Positions 47,855-58,287 of a DNA stretch of 64,000 bases are shown one piece after another. The stretch comes from Treponemataceae bacterium (GTDB taxonomy: Bacteria > Spirochaetota > Spirochaetia > Treponematales > Rectinemataceae), in assembly GCA_963678065.2 (NCBI GenBank), contig CAXXVZ010000005.1:960001-1024000 (forward strand), in the 5' to 3' direction. Position numbers and translations under genes: made by a program. The number at the start of each line of letters is the position of its first letter. Position 1 is the first letter of the stretch. A model generated the notes under the pieces. It ran no database searches. It was not told where the DNA came from and saw nothing but the letters and a program-made list of their open reading frames with translations.

Positions 47855-48904
47855 TCAAAAGGTCGCGGCGGCTGGAGAAGAGCAGGAACCGCGAATGACG
47901 ATCCTGTACGGGATGATAATTCTCCGCGCCTCGCCCGATATGCGATTCTTCATTATTTCGAATAAGGTTGAAACAGTAGTCTCGCCAATTCGCGCCGTAT
48001 CCTGCCGCACCGTCGTAAGCGGCGGACGGGTATAAGCGCTGACCGCAATATCGTCAAAGCCGAGAACAGATACCTGGTCAGGAATGGAAAGGCCGATATC
48101 CCATGCGGCTTTCATCACGCCGATCGCCATTTCGTCATTCGCCGCGAAAACTGCGGTCGGCAGCATCGTGCCGGAGAAAAATCGCAGGGCAGCGCTTCTT
48201 CCTGATTCCAGCGAATAATCGCCTGTCGTCACGAGCGGTTCCAGTGACTTGCTCTCCATGGCGGCCAGATAGCCGGCAAGTCTGTTCCGCTCTGTCGATC
48301 CTTCATCATTGCCATTGATGAATCCGATCGACCGGTGCCCGAGATCCAGAAGATACTGTGTCCCGTCGAATGCAGCTTGATATTCGTCGACGCCGATGCT
48401 CGGCACCATGAGTCCCCCGATTTCGATCGTCGAGAGTACAATGGGGATAGATGTCGATCGCAGTACTTTCATGATGGACTCATCGTTCGACTCGTGCATG
48501 AGAATGATGCCGTCTACATGCTTGCGCTTGAGCAGATCAAGGTAGGCTATTTCGTCAGCATTGTCATTTTGCCTGACTGTGCAGGTAATTATCTTGAATC
48601 CCGCGGCCGCAATGTGTGAATTCAGGGATAGAAAAAGCGCATTGAAGAAAGAGAGCGACACATCAGGCATGACCAGCCCGATAGTGTTTGTTTTGCCGAG
48701 TACCATCGTGCGGGCATTGGAATCGGGAGCGTAATCGCGTGCCTTGACAATATCACGTACCCGCTGGGCGATGACTTCGCTCACTGGCTTCGTTCCATTG
48801 AGGACCCGCGATATCGTGGAGATGGATACGCCCGCTTCCTGCGCAATATCCTTTATAGTAATGCTTTTACCATTTTCCATGCTTGTGATAATCTCTTCTT
48901 TCAC
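47855..48904 (-). CDS. LacI-family regulator
   Basis: TIKDIAQEAGVSISTISRVLN, ANDEMA, GFDD, LTTV. Confidence 0.95.
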   Translation of the reverse strand: MKEEIITSMENGKSITIKDIAQEAGVSISTISRVLNGTKPVSEVIAQRVRDIVKARDYAPDSNARTMVLGKTNTIGLVMPDVSLSFFNALFLSLNSHIAAAGFKIITCTVRQNDNADEIAYLDLLKRKHVDGIILMHESNDESIMKVLRSTSIPIVLSTIEIGGLMVPSIGVDEYQAAFDGTQYLLDLGHRSIGFINGNDEGSTERNRLAGYLAAMESKSLEPLVTTGDYSLESGRSAALRFFSGTMLPTAVFAANDEMAIGVMKAAWDIGLSIPDQVSVLGFDDIAVSAYTRPPLTTVRQDTARIGETTVSTLFEIMKNRISGEARRIIIPYRIVIRGSCSSPAAATF

Positions 48905-48985
48905 TATACACAGCTTGGCCGCATAGTGGCAACAATGTTTGGGGTGGAGATCGATAGCGATAATAAAGATGGACTTCGGGCGTGC

Positions 48986-50527
48986 TCATCCGCAGAGGGA
49001 AAACATCACATCCCGATCGTCGAGTTTCACCGGGAGGAGCGATTCGCCGACCACAGCAGGCATTGCAGCAGTGGTCGCAGCGTCAGCCTCGGTCGCGGCT
49101 TCAGCTGCCGTCGCGGCCCCGGACATGGTCATCGCGGTCATCGCGGTCATCGAAACCGCGGATGTCGGAGAGCCCGCCGAGGACGCAATGGCCTTTCTTT
49201 GCGCGCCGGCTCCAACCAGGCCTTTCTTCAACAGAGGAATGTCGGAGACCTCGACGGGGTCGAGGGATCTGACGGGGATCCGCATTCTTTTTCCAGAAAG
49301 GCAGGAAGCGATTGTCGTCGTCAAGGGCTGAAAGCTGCCCCGCTTCGATTCTTCGTAGTAGGCGGCCCCTCTCGGGCAGGTCGCTTCCCGGTCGGAGACG
49401 ATACAACCCCTCGGGCAGACGATGCAGACGCGCGCGTCACAGCCGCCGAGGCGCGCGAACCAGTTGGCATCGAATCGCGTGTCCGCCTGGATCGGTCGGT
49501 AGGGCAGGTTTTCCGTACCGTTGGCCGCGTAGTCGTCGCGGGAGCGAAGGTAGAGGGCGACGTGGGAGGCGACGAGTTCGCCTTCTTTGGATGCGTTGTC
49601 CGCGAGGTCGTGGATGTGAAGGGCGTTGCCGCACAGGAATATGCCCGTGGAGCCGCCTGAGTCGGTGCCGCCGGCCTCGAAGTGGCTGTTCACGCCGATG
49701 CTGCGCCCCAGTGGAGGCCTCATGCCGGCGGATTTCAGGATGTCGACTTCCGGAATGAGGCCGACGGAGAAGAGGACGGTGTCGCAGGGGTGGTATTCCC
49801 GGGTGCCGGCGACAGGCCGCTGCTGCGCGTCGACGCGCTCGACCCAGACTCCTTCCACGCGGCGCCTGCCGGCGATTTCGCAGATCTGCGCGCCGAAATG
49901 CAGGGGAATGCCAAAGTGGTCCAGGCACTGCACTTTGTTGCGGATGAGGCCCGACAGGTAGGGCAGGCGCTCGAAGACGCAGTCGACCCGGTAACCCTCG
50001 ATCGTGAGCCGGCGCGCCATGATCAGGCCGATGTCGCCCGAGCCCTGGATGACGACATGCTCGCCGAGTCTGTAGCCCCGGAGGTTGATGAGGTTTTGGG
50101 CCTGTCCCGCGGTGAAGACGCCCGCGGGCCGCGTTCCCGCGATTTCCAGGTTTTCCCTCGTGCGCTCCCTGCAGCCGGTCGCGACGATGATGGCCGTTGC
50201 GCGAATTTCGGCGTAACCGCCGTTTTTGGAAATTACCCGCAATACCCTCGATTCCGAAATTCCGAGTACCATCGCGCCGAGCGCGTATTCTGCACCCGAG
50301 CCGACAAATTCCCTCTCGAGGGCCCGAGCGTATTCGGGGCCCGTGAGGTCGCGCCCGAAACGCGCAAGGCCGAAGCCCGGGTGGATGCACTGGTTCAGTA
50401 TGCCGCCCAGGCGGGCATTCCTTTCCAGCACGAGGACATCGTCGATCCCGAGCTTTTTCAGGGCGATGGCGGCGGCCAATCCCGCCGGACCTCCCCCCAC
50501 GATCACGCAGTCGTACTCAGTCTTCAT
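48986..50527 (-). CDS. NAD(P)/FAD oxidoreductase fused to a C-terminal DUF1667-like Cys domain
   Basis: GGGPAG, LNQCIHPGFG, ATGCRER, GSGDIG, then CIVCPRGC..TCPRG..LTTTI. Confidence 0.82.
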   Translation of the reverse strand: MKTEYDCVIVGGGPAGLAAAIALKKLGIDDVLVLERNARLGGILNQCIHPGFGLARFGRDLTGPEYARALEREFVGSGAEYALGAMVLGISESRVLRVISKNGGYAEIRATAIIVATGCRERTRENLEIAGTRPAGVFTAGQAQNLINLRGYRLGEHVVIQGSGDIGLIMARRLTIEGYRVDCVFERLPYLSGLIRNKVQCLDHFGIPLHFGAQICEIAGRRRVEGVWVERVDAQQRPVAGTREYHPCDTVLFSVGLIPEVDILKSAGMRPPLGRSIGVNSHFEAGGTDSGGSTGIFLCGNALHIHDLADNASKEGELVASHVALYLRSRDDYAANGTENLPYRPIQADTRFDANWFARLGGCDARVCIVCPRGCIVSDREATCPRGAAYYEESKRGSFQPLTTTIASCLSGKRMRIPVRSLDPVEVSDIPLLKKGLVGAGAQRKAIASSAGSPTSAVSMTAMTAMTMSGAATAAEAATEADAATTAAMPAVVGESLLPVKLDDRDVMFSLCG

Positions 50528-51986
50528 AGTCGGTCACCATGTAGCTGCCGGGCGCGTTGGCCACGACTGAAGCAGGATCCATCCCGTATTCTTCCGTCAT
50601 GATTTCCAGAATCTTCGGAAGGCAGAAGCCAGCCTGACAGCGACCCATCATCGCGTGGCTCCGTTTCTTGATCGCGCTCAAGGTTCGCGCTCCAAGGGGA
50701 TTATCGAGGGCGGCCTTTATTTCCGCCCTGGAAATGTGATTGCACCTGCACACGATTTCTCCGAAATCGGGGTTCCGCTTACAGGCGCGAGCGAGCTCCC
50801 CGGCGTCGAGTTCGGACACCCGCACGGGAGCCGGCCTGCGCGTCGCGGCATCGGGGCGCGGCGCGAGCCGTTTTTTCGGCTCGACGAACTCGCGCGCGAT
50901 GTACTCGGCGATCGCGGGGGCCGAGGTCAGGCCGGGAGACTCGATGCCGATGAGGGATATGAAGCCGGGATTCTCGCGGGACTCTTCTATTATGAAGTCT
51001 TCGAAGGTGGAGACGCCGCCCGCGACAAATAGTTTCGGACGGATTCCCGCGTAGGCCCGGATGAAGGCCACGTCGCGGAGTTTGGGCAGCAGTTCCAGGG
51101 CCTCGCGCTTGAGCGTGTCCATGACCTCCGCCGTCGTGGCGAGATCGTCGCGCTCTTCGATGTATTCGGCGGAAGGCCCGATGATTATGTTGCCCTCGGT
51201 CGTCGGCGTGAGGTGGATGCCGAGGCCCCGGCCATCGGCGGGCGGGACGGGATAGACGGCCGTTTTCAGGAATCCCGGATCGACCCGATCGAGGACGAAG
51301 TACTCGCCCCTGCAGGGGTGGATGCTCCGGTCATGTACCTCGACCATGGAGAGGATTTTGTCGGAGTACAGACCGGCCGCGTTGACGACGAGGTCGGCTT
51401 CGTGCGCGGTGCCATCGGCGACGACGACTTCGTAGCGTGCACCGATCCTCCTGATGGCCGTCACCGGCGAGTTGAAGCGGAAGTCGACGCCGTTGCGGCA
51501 GGCGATTTCGGCGAGGGCGATGGTGAACTCGGCGGGGGAAATCACCGCGGTGAGTTCGGAGAATAGCGCGTACTCTCCCCTGAGGTCGGGCTCGATGGCG
51601 CGGATCGCGTCGCCCCCGATGATGGAAAGGCCTCGGCAGCCATTCTTTCTGCCTTGCTCCAGCAGTTTTTCCAGGTAGGGACGTTCGCTTTCGTCCTTCG
51701 CGACGACCATTTTTTTCGTGAGCCGGTAGGGCACGCCCAGTTCATCGCAGATCGCGGGAAAGTGTGAAAGACCTTCGATATTGAAACGGGCCTTCAGCGA
51801 GCCCGGCCTGACATTGAAGCCGGCGTGCACGACGCCCGAGTTGGCCTTGCTCGTGCCTTCGGCGACGTCTCCCTCCTTCTCAAGGAGAAGTACGTCGAGG
51901 GTGTACCGGGAGAGTTCCCGCGCGATGGCGCATCCGACAACGCCGCCGCCGATGATAAGGATGTCGTGCGACACGGTCGACCTCAC
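50517..51986 (-). CDS. FAD-dependent oxidoreductase (GlpA/LhgO-like) with BFD-like [2Fe-2S] domain
   Basis: IIGGGVVG, SKANSG, GIESPGLTSAPA, VCRC..GRCQAGFC. Confidence 0.88.
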   Translation of the reverse strand: MRSTVSHDILIIGGGVVGCAIARELSRYTLDVLLLEKEGDVAEGTSKANSGVVHAGFNVRPGSLKARFNIEGLSHFPAICDELGVPYRLTKKMVVAKDESERPYLEKLLEQGRKNGCRGLSIIGGDAIRAIEPDLRGEYALFSELTAVISPAEFTIALAEIACRNGVDFRFNSPVTAIRRIGARYEVVVADGTAHEADLVVNAAGLYSDKILSMVEVHDRSIHPCRGEYFVLDRVDPGFLKTAVYPVPPADGRGLGIHLTPTTEGNIIIGPSAEYIEERDDLATTAEVMDTLKREALELLPKLRDVAFIRAYAGIRPKLFVAGGVSTFEDFIIEESRENPGFISLIGIESPGLTSAPAIAEYIAREFVEPKKRLAPRPDAATRRPAPVRVSELDAGELARACKRNPDFGEIVCRCNHISRAEIKAALDNPLGARTLSAIKKRSHAMMGRCQAGFCLPKILEIMTEEYGMDPASVVANAPGSYMVTDYED

Positions 51987-52199
51987 GGGATAGAGTCACT
52001 TCCATCGATATACGCACAAATTTGCATGGCAAATGTACACTATCAAGAGTAAAACAAGCGACCACATCTGTCAACCGGAAATCGGACGGAAAGCCGGCGC
52101 CGGCAAGAGGCCAACCCGAGCCCGCAGCTCTTCAGGCGCGCCCATTTCTGTCGGAGCATCCCTGTCGCAGCGACTCCGGGTCCCGGCAACCCGCGGCTG

Positions 52200-54035
52200 T
52201 CAGATCGCGTTCCCCTTGAACTGGCTCAGGTACAGATGGTGATAGAAGCCGTGCCGCTCGAGCAGCTCCTGGTGGCTTCCCTGCTCGACGATCGCGCCTG
52301 AGTCGATGACCACTACTTTGTCGGCGTCCCGGATGGTGGAGAGGCGGTGGGCGATGACAAAGCTCGTGCGGCCGTGCATCAGGCGCAACAAAGCTTTCTG
52401 GATGCGCAGCTCTGTGCGCGTATCGACTGAGCTCGTGGCCTCGTCCAGGATCAGGATGGCCGGATCGGCCAGGATGGCGCGGGTGATCGAGAGGAGCTGG
52501 CGCTGGCCCTGGCTCAGGTTGCCCGCCCGCTCCGAGAGATTGGTGTGGTAGCCTTGGGGTAGCTGGCGGATGAAGTGGTCGGCCTCGGCCATGCGCGCGG
52601 CCTCCACACACTCGTCGTCGGTGGCGTCGAGCCGGCCGTAGCGGATGTTTTCCATGACAGTGTCCGCGAAGAGGAAGGTGTCCTGGAGGACCAGGCCCAG
52701 ATTCCGGCGAAGATCGGCCTTCTTCAGGTCGCGGATGTCCACGCCGTCGACGCTGATGCTGCCGCCCTGGATCTCGTAGAAACGGGTGAGGAGGTTGATG
52801 ATGGTCGTCTTCCCGGCGCCCGTCGGCCCCACGAGGGCGATGGTCTGGCCCGCGGCAACTTCAAGGCTGAAGTCCTTTATGATGGGTCTATCGGGCACAT
52901 ATGCGAACTGCACATCGCGAAAGCTCACGTCGCCCCGGAGGGCCGCAAGAGAAAGACTGTCGGGAGTGTCGGCGGTCTCGGGCGCTGTGTCGATGATCTC
53001 GAAGACGCGCTCCGCCCCTGCCAGGGCAGCCTGGATGGAGTTGTAGAGGTTGGCGAGCTGACGCAGAGGCGAGGTGAAGTTCTGGCCGTAGTTGATGAAG
53101 GTGGCGATCATGCCGACGGTCGCGAGCCCCTTGAGGGCGAGCCAGCCGCCGAGGCCTGCGAGGACGATCACGAAGAAGCTGCCCAGCACGCCCGTGAGCG
53201 GCATGAGGAGCATGGCGTAGGAGTTGGCGTAGACAGCGGATTCGAACACGGACCTGTTGCGCTCCCGGAATTTTTCGATGACGGAGTCGTTGCGCCTGAA
53301 AGCCACGATCACTTTCTGCCCGGAGATGGCTTCCTCGGCCACGGCGTTGAGCTCGCCCAGGTTCTTCTGAAGATCGCGGAAGCCCTTGCGCGTGTAGGAG
53401 GCCACGAAGCGGCTGAACCAGAACATGATGGGAATGACGACGAGGCTCGCCAGCGCGAGCCAGTGGTTCAGCACGAACATGGCGACGAGGATGCCCAGCA
53501 TCGTGAGCACGCTCGAGAGGAGCGAGATCACGTTCTGCGAGACCGCCTGGTTGATGGCGTCGATGTCGTTGGTGAGACGGCTCATGAGGCCGCCCGCCGC
53601 GTGGGTGTCGAAGAAACCCATCGAGAGGGTCTGGAGGTGGGCGAAGAGATCGTCGCGCAGTCCCTTGAGCGCAGCCTGCGAGATGCGGGCCATGAGCCAG
53701 TTGGCCACCACATTGAAGAGATTGCTGAGAATGTAGGCCGCGAGCATGAGGGCCGCGGTCTTCGCGAGGCCGGGCAGGTCCGCGCCGCCTATGCAGGTGT
53801 CGATGGCCACGCCCATGAGATAGGGACCCGCGAGGCCGAGGGCAGAAAAAAGGACTACAGTGACTCCGACGAGGACGAGGGTGAGTCGGTAGGGCGCAAG
53901 GTAGCCGAGGAGACGGACCATGGCACGTCTCGGGTCGGCGGCCTTCTCTATCTTGCCGGGACGACTCGGGCGACGCTGCATGCTGGAACGGATGTCGGGG
54001 CCCGAAGACGTGGGTTCATAGGCCATGGAAGCCAC
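52200..54035 (-). CDS. Heterodimeric ABC exporter subunit B
   Basis: GPTGAGKTT, LSQGQRQ, LDEATS, AHRLST. Confidence 0.92.
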   Translation of the reverse strand: MASMAYEPTSSGPDIRSSMQRRPSRPGKIEKAADPRRAMVRLLGYLAPYRLTLVLVGVTVVLFSALGLAGPYLMGVAIDTCIGGADLPGLAKTAALMLAAYILSNLFNVVANWLMARISQAALKGLRDDLFAHLQTLSMGFFDTHAAGGLMSRLTNDIDAINQAVSQNVISLLSSVLTMLGILVAMFVLNHWLALASLVVIPIMFWFSRFVASYTRKGFRDLQKNLGELNAVAEEAISGQKVIVAFRRNDSVIEKFRERNRSVFESAVYANSYAMLLMPLTGVLGSFFVIVLAGLGGWLALKGLATVGMIATFINYGQNFTSPLRQLANLYNSIQAALAGAERVFEIIDTAPETADTPDSLSLAALRGDVSFRDVQFAYVPDRPIIKDFSLEVAAGQTIALVGPTGAGKTTIINLLTRFYEIQGGSISVDGVDIRDLKKADLRRNLGLVLQDTFLFADTVMENIRYGRLDATDDECVEAARMAEADHFIRQLPQGYHTNLSERAGNLSQGQRQLLSITRAILADPAILILDEATSSVDTRTELRIQKALLRLMHGRTSFVIAHRLSTIRDADKVVVIDSGAIVEQGSHQELLERHGFYHHLYLSQFKGNAI

Positions 54036-55761
54036 CTCCGAGCTGGGAATCGTAGATCTCCCGGTAGATGGGACTCGCGCGCAGGAGCTGGGCGTGCGTG
54101 CCCTCAGCGACGATCCGCCCCTCGTCCAGGACGAGGATTTTGTCGGCGTTCAACACCGTGCTGATCCGCTGGGCCACGACGACGCAGGTGGAACCGCGCA
54201 TGTACTCTCCGAGCGCGAGCTGGATTTTTGTCTCGGTCTCTACGTCGACGGAACTCGTCGAGTCGTCGAGGATGAGGATGGAGGGGCGGCCCAGCAGGGC
54301 CCGCGCTATCGCGATTCGCTGCTTCTGCCCTCCTGAAAGGTTGCCGCCGCGCTCTTCGACGCGGGTACCGTAACCCTCGGGGAGGCGGAGGATGAAGTCG
54401 TGGGCCTGGGCCGCCCGCGCGGCCGCCACCACCTCGTCCTCGCTCGCTCCGGGGTGGCCGTAGCGGATGTTGTCGCGGACCGAGCCGGAGAAGAGGATGG
54501 TTTCCTGCGGCACGACGCCGATCCGCGACAGTACGGAGTCCCGGGAAAGTCTGCGCACATCGATCCCCGCTATCGATACCTCGCCCGAGGAAACGTCGTA
54601 GAAGCGCGGAATCAGGTTGACCAGACTCGATTTTCCCGAACCCGTGGCGCCAAGGATGGCCGTGGTTTTGCCCGGCTCGGCGTGGAGGCAGACATCGACG
54701 AGCACCGCCTGATCGGAGTCCCCGTTGTAATGGAAATCCACGTCCTTCAGGCGGATATCGCCGGCGGCGTCCTCCGGCAGGGCCAGCGAGTCCGCCGCCT
54801 CGGCCACCTCGGGCTCTGCGTCCAGAACCTCGTTGATCCGCTTCGCCGACGCGAGACCATTCGCCCAGGTGTTGGAGAGCTGGGTCATCATGATGAGAGG
54901 ATGCATGGTCGCGAGGAGGTAGTTCGTGAAGGCGACGATCTGCCCCAGGGAGAGTCGGCCGCCGATGGCCTGCACCCCTCCGAGCCACACGACCACGACC
55001 ATGCCGATGTTGATGAGGAGGGTGAGAACCGGGGTCATGGAAGACATGAACTGCATGACCACGACTGTGCCGTCGGTGAGGTCGCCGTTGGCCTCGCCGA
55101 AGCGGGCGGACTCGCGGTCGGCACGGACAAAGGCCTTGACGAGGCGCGCGCCCGCAATATTCTCCTGGAGAACCGTGTTGAGGCGGTCCAGCTTCTGCTG
55201 GACTTTGCGGAAAAGCGGCTCCATCCTCGCGCTGAAGAAGACAATGACGACCCCGCTCACGAGGAGTATGGGTATCATGGCCACGGCGAGTGCGGGGCTC
55301 GTGACGAACATGAGGACGATGCTGCCGATCATGGAGAGAGGGGCTCTCGTGCCGATGCGCAGGGATATCTGGAAAAGGCGCTGGACGGCGCCTGAGTCGC
55401 TCATGAGGCGCACCAAGAGCTTTCCCGTGGAGAACCTGTCGAGGTTCCCGTAGGAAAAGTTCTGTATCTTGACGAATATGGCTTCCCGGAGGTCGCGCGC
55501 GACGCTCTCGCCCACCCTGATGGACGAATTGCTGTTGAGGACGGCGACCAGCGCCGAGAGGGCCGACATGCCCAGCATGAGGGCGGAAGTCCCGAGAACT
55601 ACCGCCATGTCCTTGCGCTTTATGCCCTGATCGATGATGCGCGCGACAAGCCGCGGCACGGCCAGATCGAGGACGACCATGGCCACCAGCATGACGAGGG
55701 AGAAGAGGGCCGTTTTCCAGTACGGCGCGGCGAAGTGAAGCAGCTTCCTGAACTCTTTCAT
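54016..55761 (-). CDS. Heterodimeric ABC exporter subunit A (degenerate site)
   Basis: GATGSGKS, LSGGQKQR, LDDSTS, AQRIS. Confidence 0.92.
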   Translation of the reverse strand: MKEFRKLLHFAAPYWKTALFSLVMLVAMVVLDLAVPRLVARIIDQGIKRKDMAVVLGTSALMLGMSALSALVAVLNSNSSIRVGESVARDLREAIFVKIQNFSYGNLDRFSTGKLLVRLMSDSGAVQRLFQISLRIGTRAPLSMIGSIVLMFVTSPALAVAMIPILLVSGVVIVFFSARMEPLFRKVQQKLDRLNTVLQENIAGARLVKAFVRADRESARFGEANGDLTDGTVVVMQFMSSMTPVLTLLINIGMVVVVWLGGVQAIGGRLSLGQIVAFTNYLLATMHPLIMMTQLSNTWANGLASAKRINEVLDAEPEVAEAADSLALPEDAAGDIRLKDVDFHYNGDSDQAVLVDVCLHAEPGKTTAILGATGSGKSSLVNLIPRFYDVSSGEVSIAGIDVRRLSRDSVLSRIGVVPQETILFSGSVRDNIRYGHPGASEDEVVAAARAAQAHDFILRLPEGYGTRVEERGGNLSGGQKQRIAIARALLGRPSILILDDSTSSVDVETETKIQLALGEYMRGSTCVVVAQRISTVLNADKILVLDEGRIVAEGTHAQLLRASPIYREIYDSQLGGGFHGL

Positions 55762-56252
55762 GGTCCGATTCTACCCCCGCCTGCATGGGGAGCCGGACGC
55801 GCCTCGCCCGGGGCGAAGGTCGTTTTCAGGATCTCCATCGCCCTGTGCACGATCTCGAGATCGACAGGCTCGAGTGCGGCCATCGTGGACTTCATCCACG
55901 CGCGGTTTTCCGCAAAATTCGCGTCCATCACCTCGCTGGCGTAGGGGGTGAGATCGAGACGCACGAGGCGCCTGTCGCCGCTCTCTTTTTCCCGTGTGAC
56001 CAGACCCTTGGCCACGAGCGCGTCCACGGCCTGGCTGACGGCCGAGCGGCTGATCTGCCGCTTCTCGGCGAGGTCGCCCACGTAGCGGTAGCCCCAGCGG
56101 ATGTGGCGCAGCGCGTGGAACTGCTCGAGCGTGATGCCCAGTTTGACGGTCGCCGCCTGGCGCAGGTTGGAGCGGATGCGGTCCCATACCGGCGGGAGGG
56201 TCTCGAGGACGCCGTCGACAGTCTTCTGAAGGAGGGATTCCGTTTGATCCAT
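55758..56252 (-). CDS. MarR-family regulator
   Basis: ITLEQF, ISRSAVSQAVDALVAKGLV, DRR. Confidence 0.9.
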   Translation of the reverse strand: MDQTESLLQKTVDGVLETLPPVWDRIRSNLRQAATVKLGITLEQFHALRHIRWGYRYVGDLAEKRQISRSAVSQAVDALVAKGLVTREKESGDRRLVRLDLTPYASEVMDANFAENRAWMKSTMAALEPVDLEIVHRAMEILKTTFAPGEARPAPHAGGGRIGP

Positions 56253-56280
56253 GGCTTCCCTTTATAGTTAATGTACTTAC

Positions 56281-56299
56281 CTGTTAAGCGACTAAACAG
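56281..56299. promoter_or_regulatory. Possible MarR operator CTGTT-N9-AACAG
   Basis: Inverted repeat just upstream of marR. Confidence 0.4.
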
Positions 56300-56384
56300 T
56301 ACATCCGCGCGCCCCGAAGCGTCAAGAGAGTCCAAAGTTGCGGGAAGACGAGAAGCCTGCCAATCGGCCGCTCGCCCCGGACTG

Positions 56385-58106
56385 CTACAGTCGCGTATCC
56401 CACTTCCCGCAGAAGGGATCGACGGGATTCTTGCCCGTGAAGGGGCTGCGCCCCATCAGTTTCTCGATGAGGGCATCGATGACGGCGCCGTTGGAGCTGT
56501 AGGCGTTTATGAAGGTCTTCACCCTCGGCACGTCCATGAGGTGGTAAGGGTTTTCGAGCGAGATGAAGATCGTCGGTACGCTGGCGATGTACACCGGGCA
56601 GTTGGCTCCCATCGGCTGGGCCCACTCGATGCGCACGACGGTCTGGTTGCTCTTCGTTTCCATCTTCGCGAGGTAGATGATGAGATCGTAGACTTCGGTC
56701 ACCGCGCCGTACGGTTTCACCGTGCCCTCCATCCCCTGGGAAGACTCGAAACGATCGACGGCGAAACCTTCCGCGCACAGGCGCTCCGCAAACTGGTCGA
56801 AGACTTTGGTTTTGGAAGGATCGTAGTACGAAGGACCGGAGTCGATGTCGTAGAACAGTACCCGCGGGTACGTGGACGGCGATATCGGCAGGACGCCGGG
56901 CTCTTCCTTCACCAGGGTGATGGCCTTGTCCGCGCACTCGCGGGCCCACCGCCTGTGTTCGGCGCAGCCCACCACATCTCTGGCCTCGCCCGATGCGGGC
57001 AGGAGCTTCCCCTCGGCCTTCTTCGTGTGCAGAGCGAGGGCGGCCTTGAGGCCAAGGATTTTCGTCACCGCCTCTGTCAGACGCTCTTCGGTGACAATGC
57101 CCTCTTCTATACCCCGGCGCATGAAACCGAAGTCCTCTTCCGTGTTGCGGGTGAACAGGAACATGTCGCAGCCGGCGGCGATGGCTCCCGGAACAGCCTG
57201 AGCCCGAGGCATCGGAATCACCATGCCCGCCATGGTCGTGGCGTCCGAGACGACGAGGCCATTGAAGCCGAGCTTCCCGCGCAGGAGACCGCCTATGAGT
57301 TCGGGCGAGAGCGAGGCGGGGAGGATGCGATCGTCGCTCAAAGAAGGATCGAGAAGCCGCGAGTACTCGGGCAGCATGATGTGGCCGACCATGACGGTAT
57401 AGGCGCCCGCGTCGATCGACGCTTTGTACGCGGCCCCGTAGCTCCTGTCCCATTCCTCGACGGGCATCGTATTGACGCTGGTCACGAGGTGCTGATCCCG
57501 TTCGTCGACCCCGTCGCCGGGGAAGTGCTTGATCGAGGCGGCCACGCCGCTGCTCTGGCAGCCCCTGACGTATTCGACCCCCATCCGGCGCACGCGATCG
57601 GGATCGCTCCCGAAAATCCTCGTGCCGGTGATCGGGTTGCTGAAGTTGTACCCTATATCGATGAGCGGCGCAAAGGCCCAGTTGGCGCCGATGGCCGCGC
57701 CTTCGCGGCCGCAGACGAGTCCCAGTCTGTAGGCAAAACTGTCGTCGTCGGTGGCGGCTATCTCCATGGGAGAGCCCATCGTCGTCCCCTCGGTCACGGC
57801 GCCGCTTCCTCCTTTCTCGAAGTTGGCCGAAATGAGGAGGGGAATTTTCGCCTTGGTCTGGAGCACCCGCACCGATTCCAGCACCTCTTCCAGGGCCATG
57901 GCCCGGAGCATAATGCCGCCGACGTGGAGCTCTCCGGCCATGAAGGAAAGCGAGGCCTCGTCGCTGGAACGGACGACCTGGCAGAACAGCTGCCCCAGTT
58001 TCTCGTCGTCGCTCATAGCCCGGAAGGTCTCGTCGACCCAGGCGATTGCGGCGTCATCAAGGGTAAAAGGCATCGCTCGCAGCGATCTCTCCAGCTCGGT
58101 TTTCAT
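56385..58106 (-). CDS. GH3 glycosidase (Nag3-like N-acetylglucosaminidase/glucosidase or phosphorylase)
   Basis: FAPLID, KHFPGDGVDERDQH, MVGHI, VSDATTM, AGCD. Confidence 0.9.
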   Translation of the reverse strand: MKTELERSLRAMPFTLDDAAIAWVDETFRAMSDDEKLGQLFCQVVRSSDEASLSFMAGELHVGGIMLRAMALEEVLESVRVLQTKAKIPLLISANFEKGGSGAVTEGTTMGSPMEIAATDDDSFAYRLGLVCGREGAAIGANWAFAPLIDIGYNFSNPITGTRIFGSDPDRVRRMGVEYVRGCQSSGVAASIKHFPGDGVDERDQHLVTSVNTMPVEEWDRSYGAAYKASIDAGAYTVMVGHIMLPEYSRLLDPSLSDDRILPASLSPELIGGLLRGKLGFNGLVVSDATTMAGMVIPMPRAQAVPGAIAAGCDMFLFTRNTEEDFGFMRRGIEEGIVTEERLTEAVTKILGLKAALALHTKKAEGKLLPASGEARDVVGCAEHRRWARECADKAITLVKEEPGVLPISPSTYPRVLFYDIDSGPSYYDPSKTKVFDQFAERLCAEGFAVDRFESSQGMEGTVKPYGAVTEVYDLIIYLAKMETKSNQTVVRIEWAQPMGANCPVYIASVPTIFISLENPYHLMDVPRVKTFINAYSSNGAVIDALIEKLMGRSPFTGKNPVDPFCGKWDTRL

Positions 58107-58287
58107 CGATCTCTCCTCCTATGCTATAGTCCAGGAAGCCGCCGGGCGGCTATGTGCGAAAGATCGGGGATTCCCAGAACTGCCGAGGAATTCGCCGCCG
58201 CGGGGCCTTTTCGGCTTCGGTGTACACGCGCGGTAATGACACTCGTCGGTGGATACGAGGACCCCATAGCGATCGCAAAAGCCGCTC

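Noticed and set aside
52200..56252. MarR plus ABC exporter pair as a novel system
   Set aside because: This is a widespread, standard multidrug-type arrangement.
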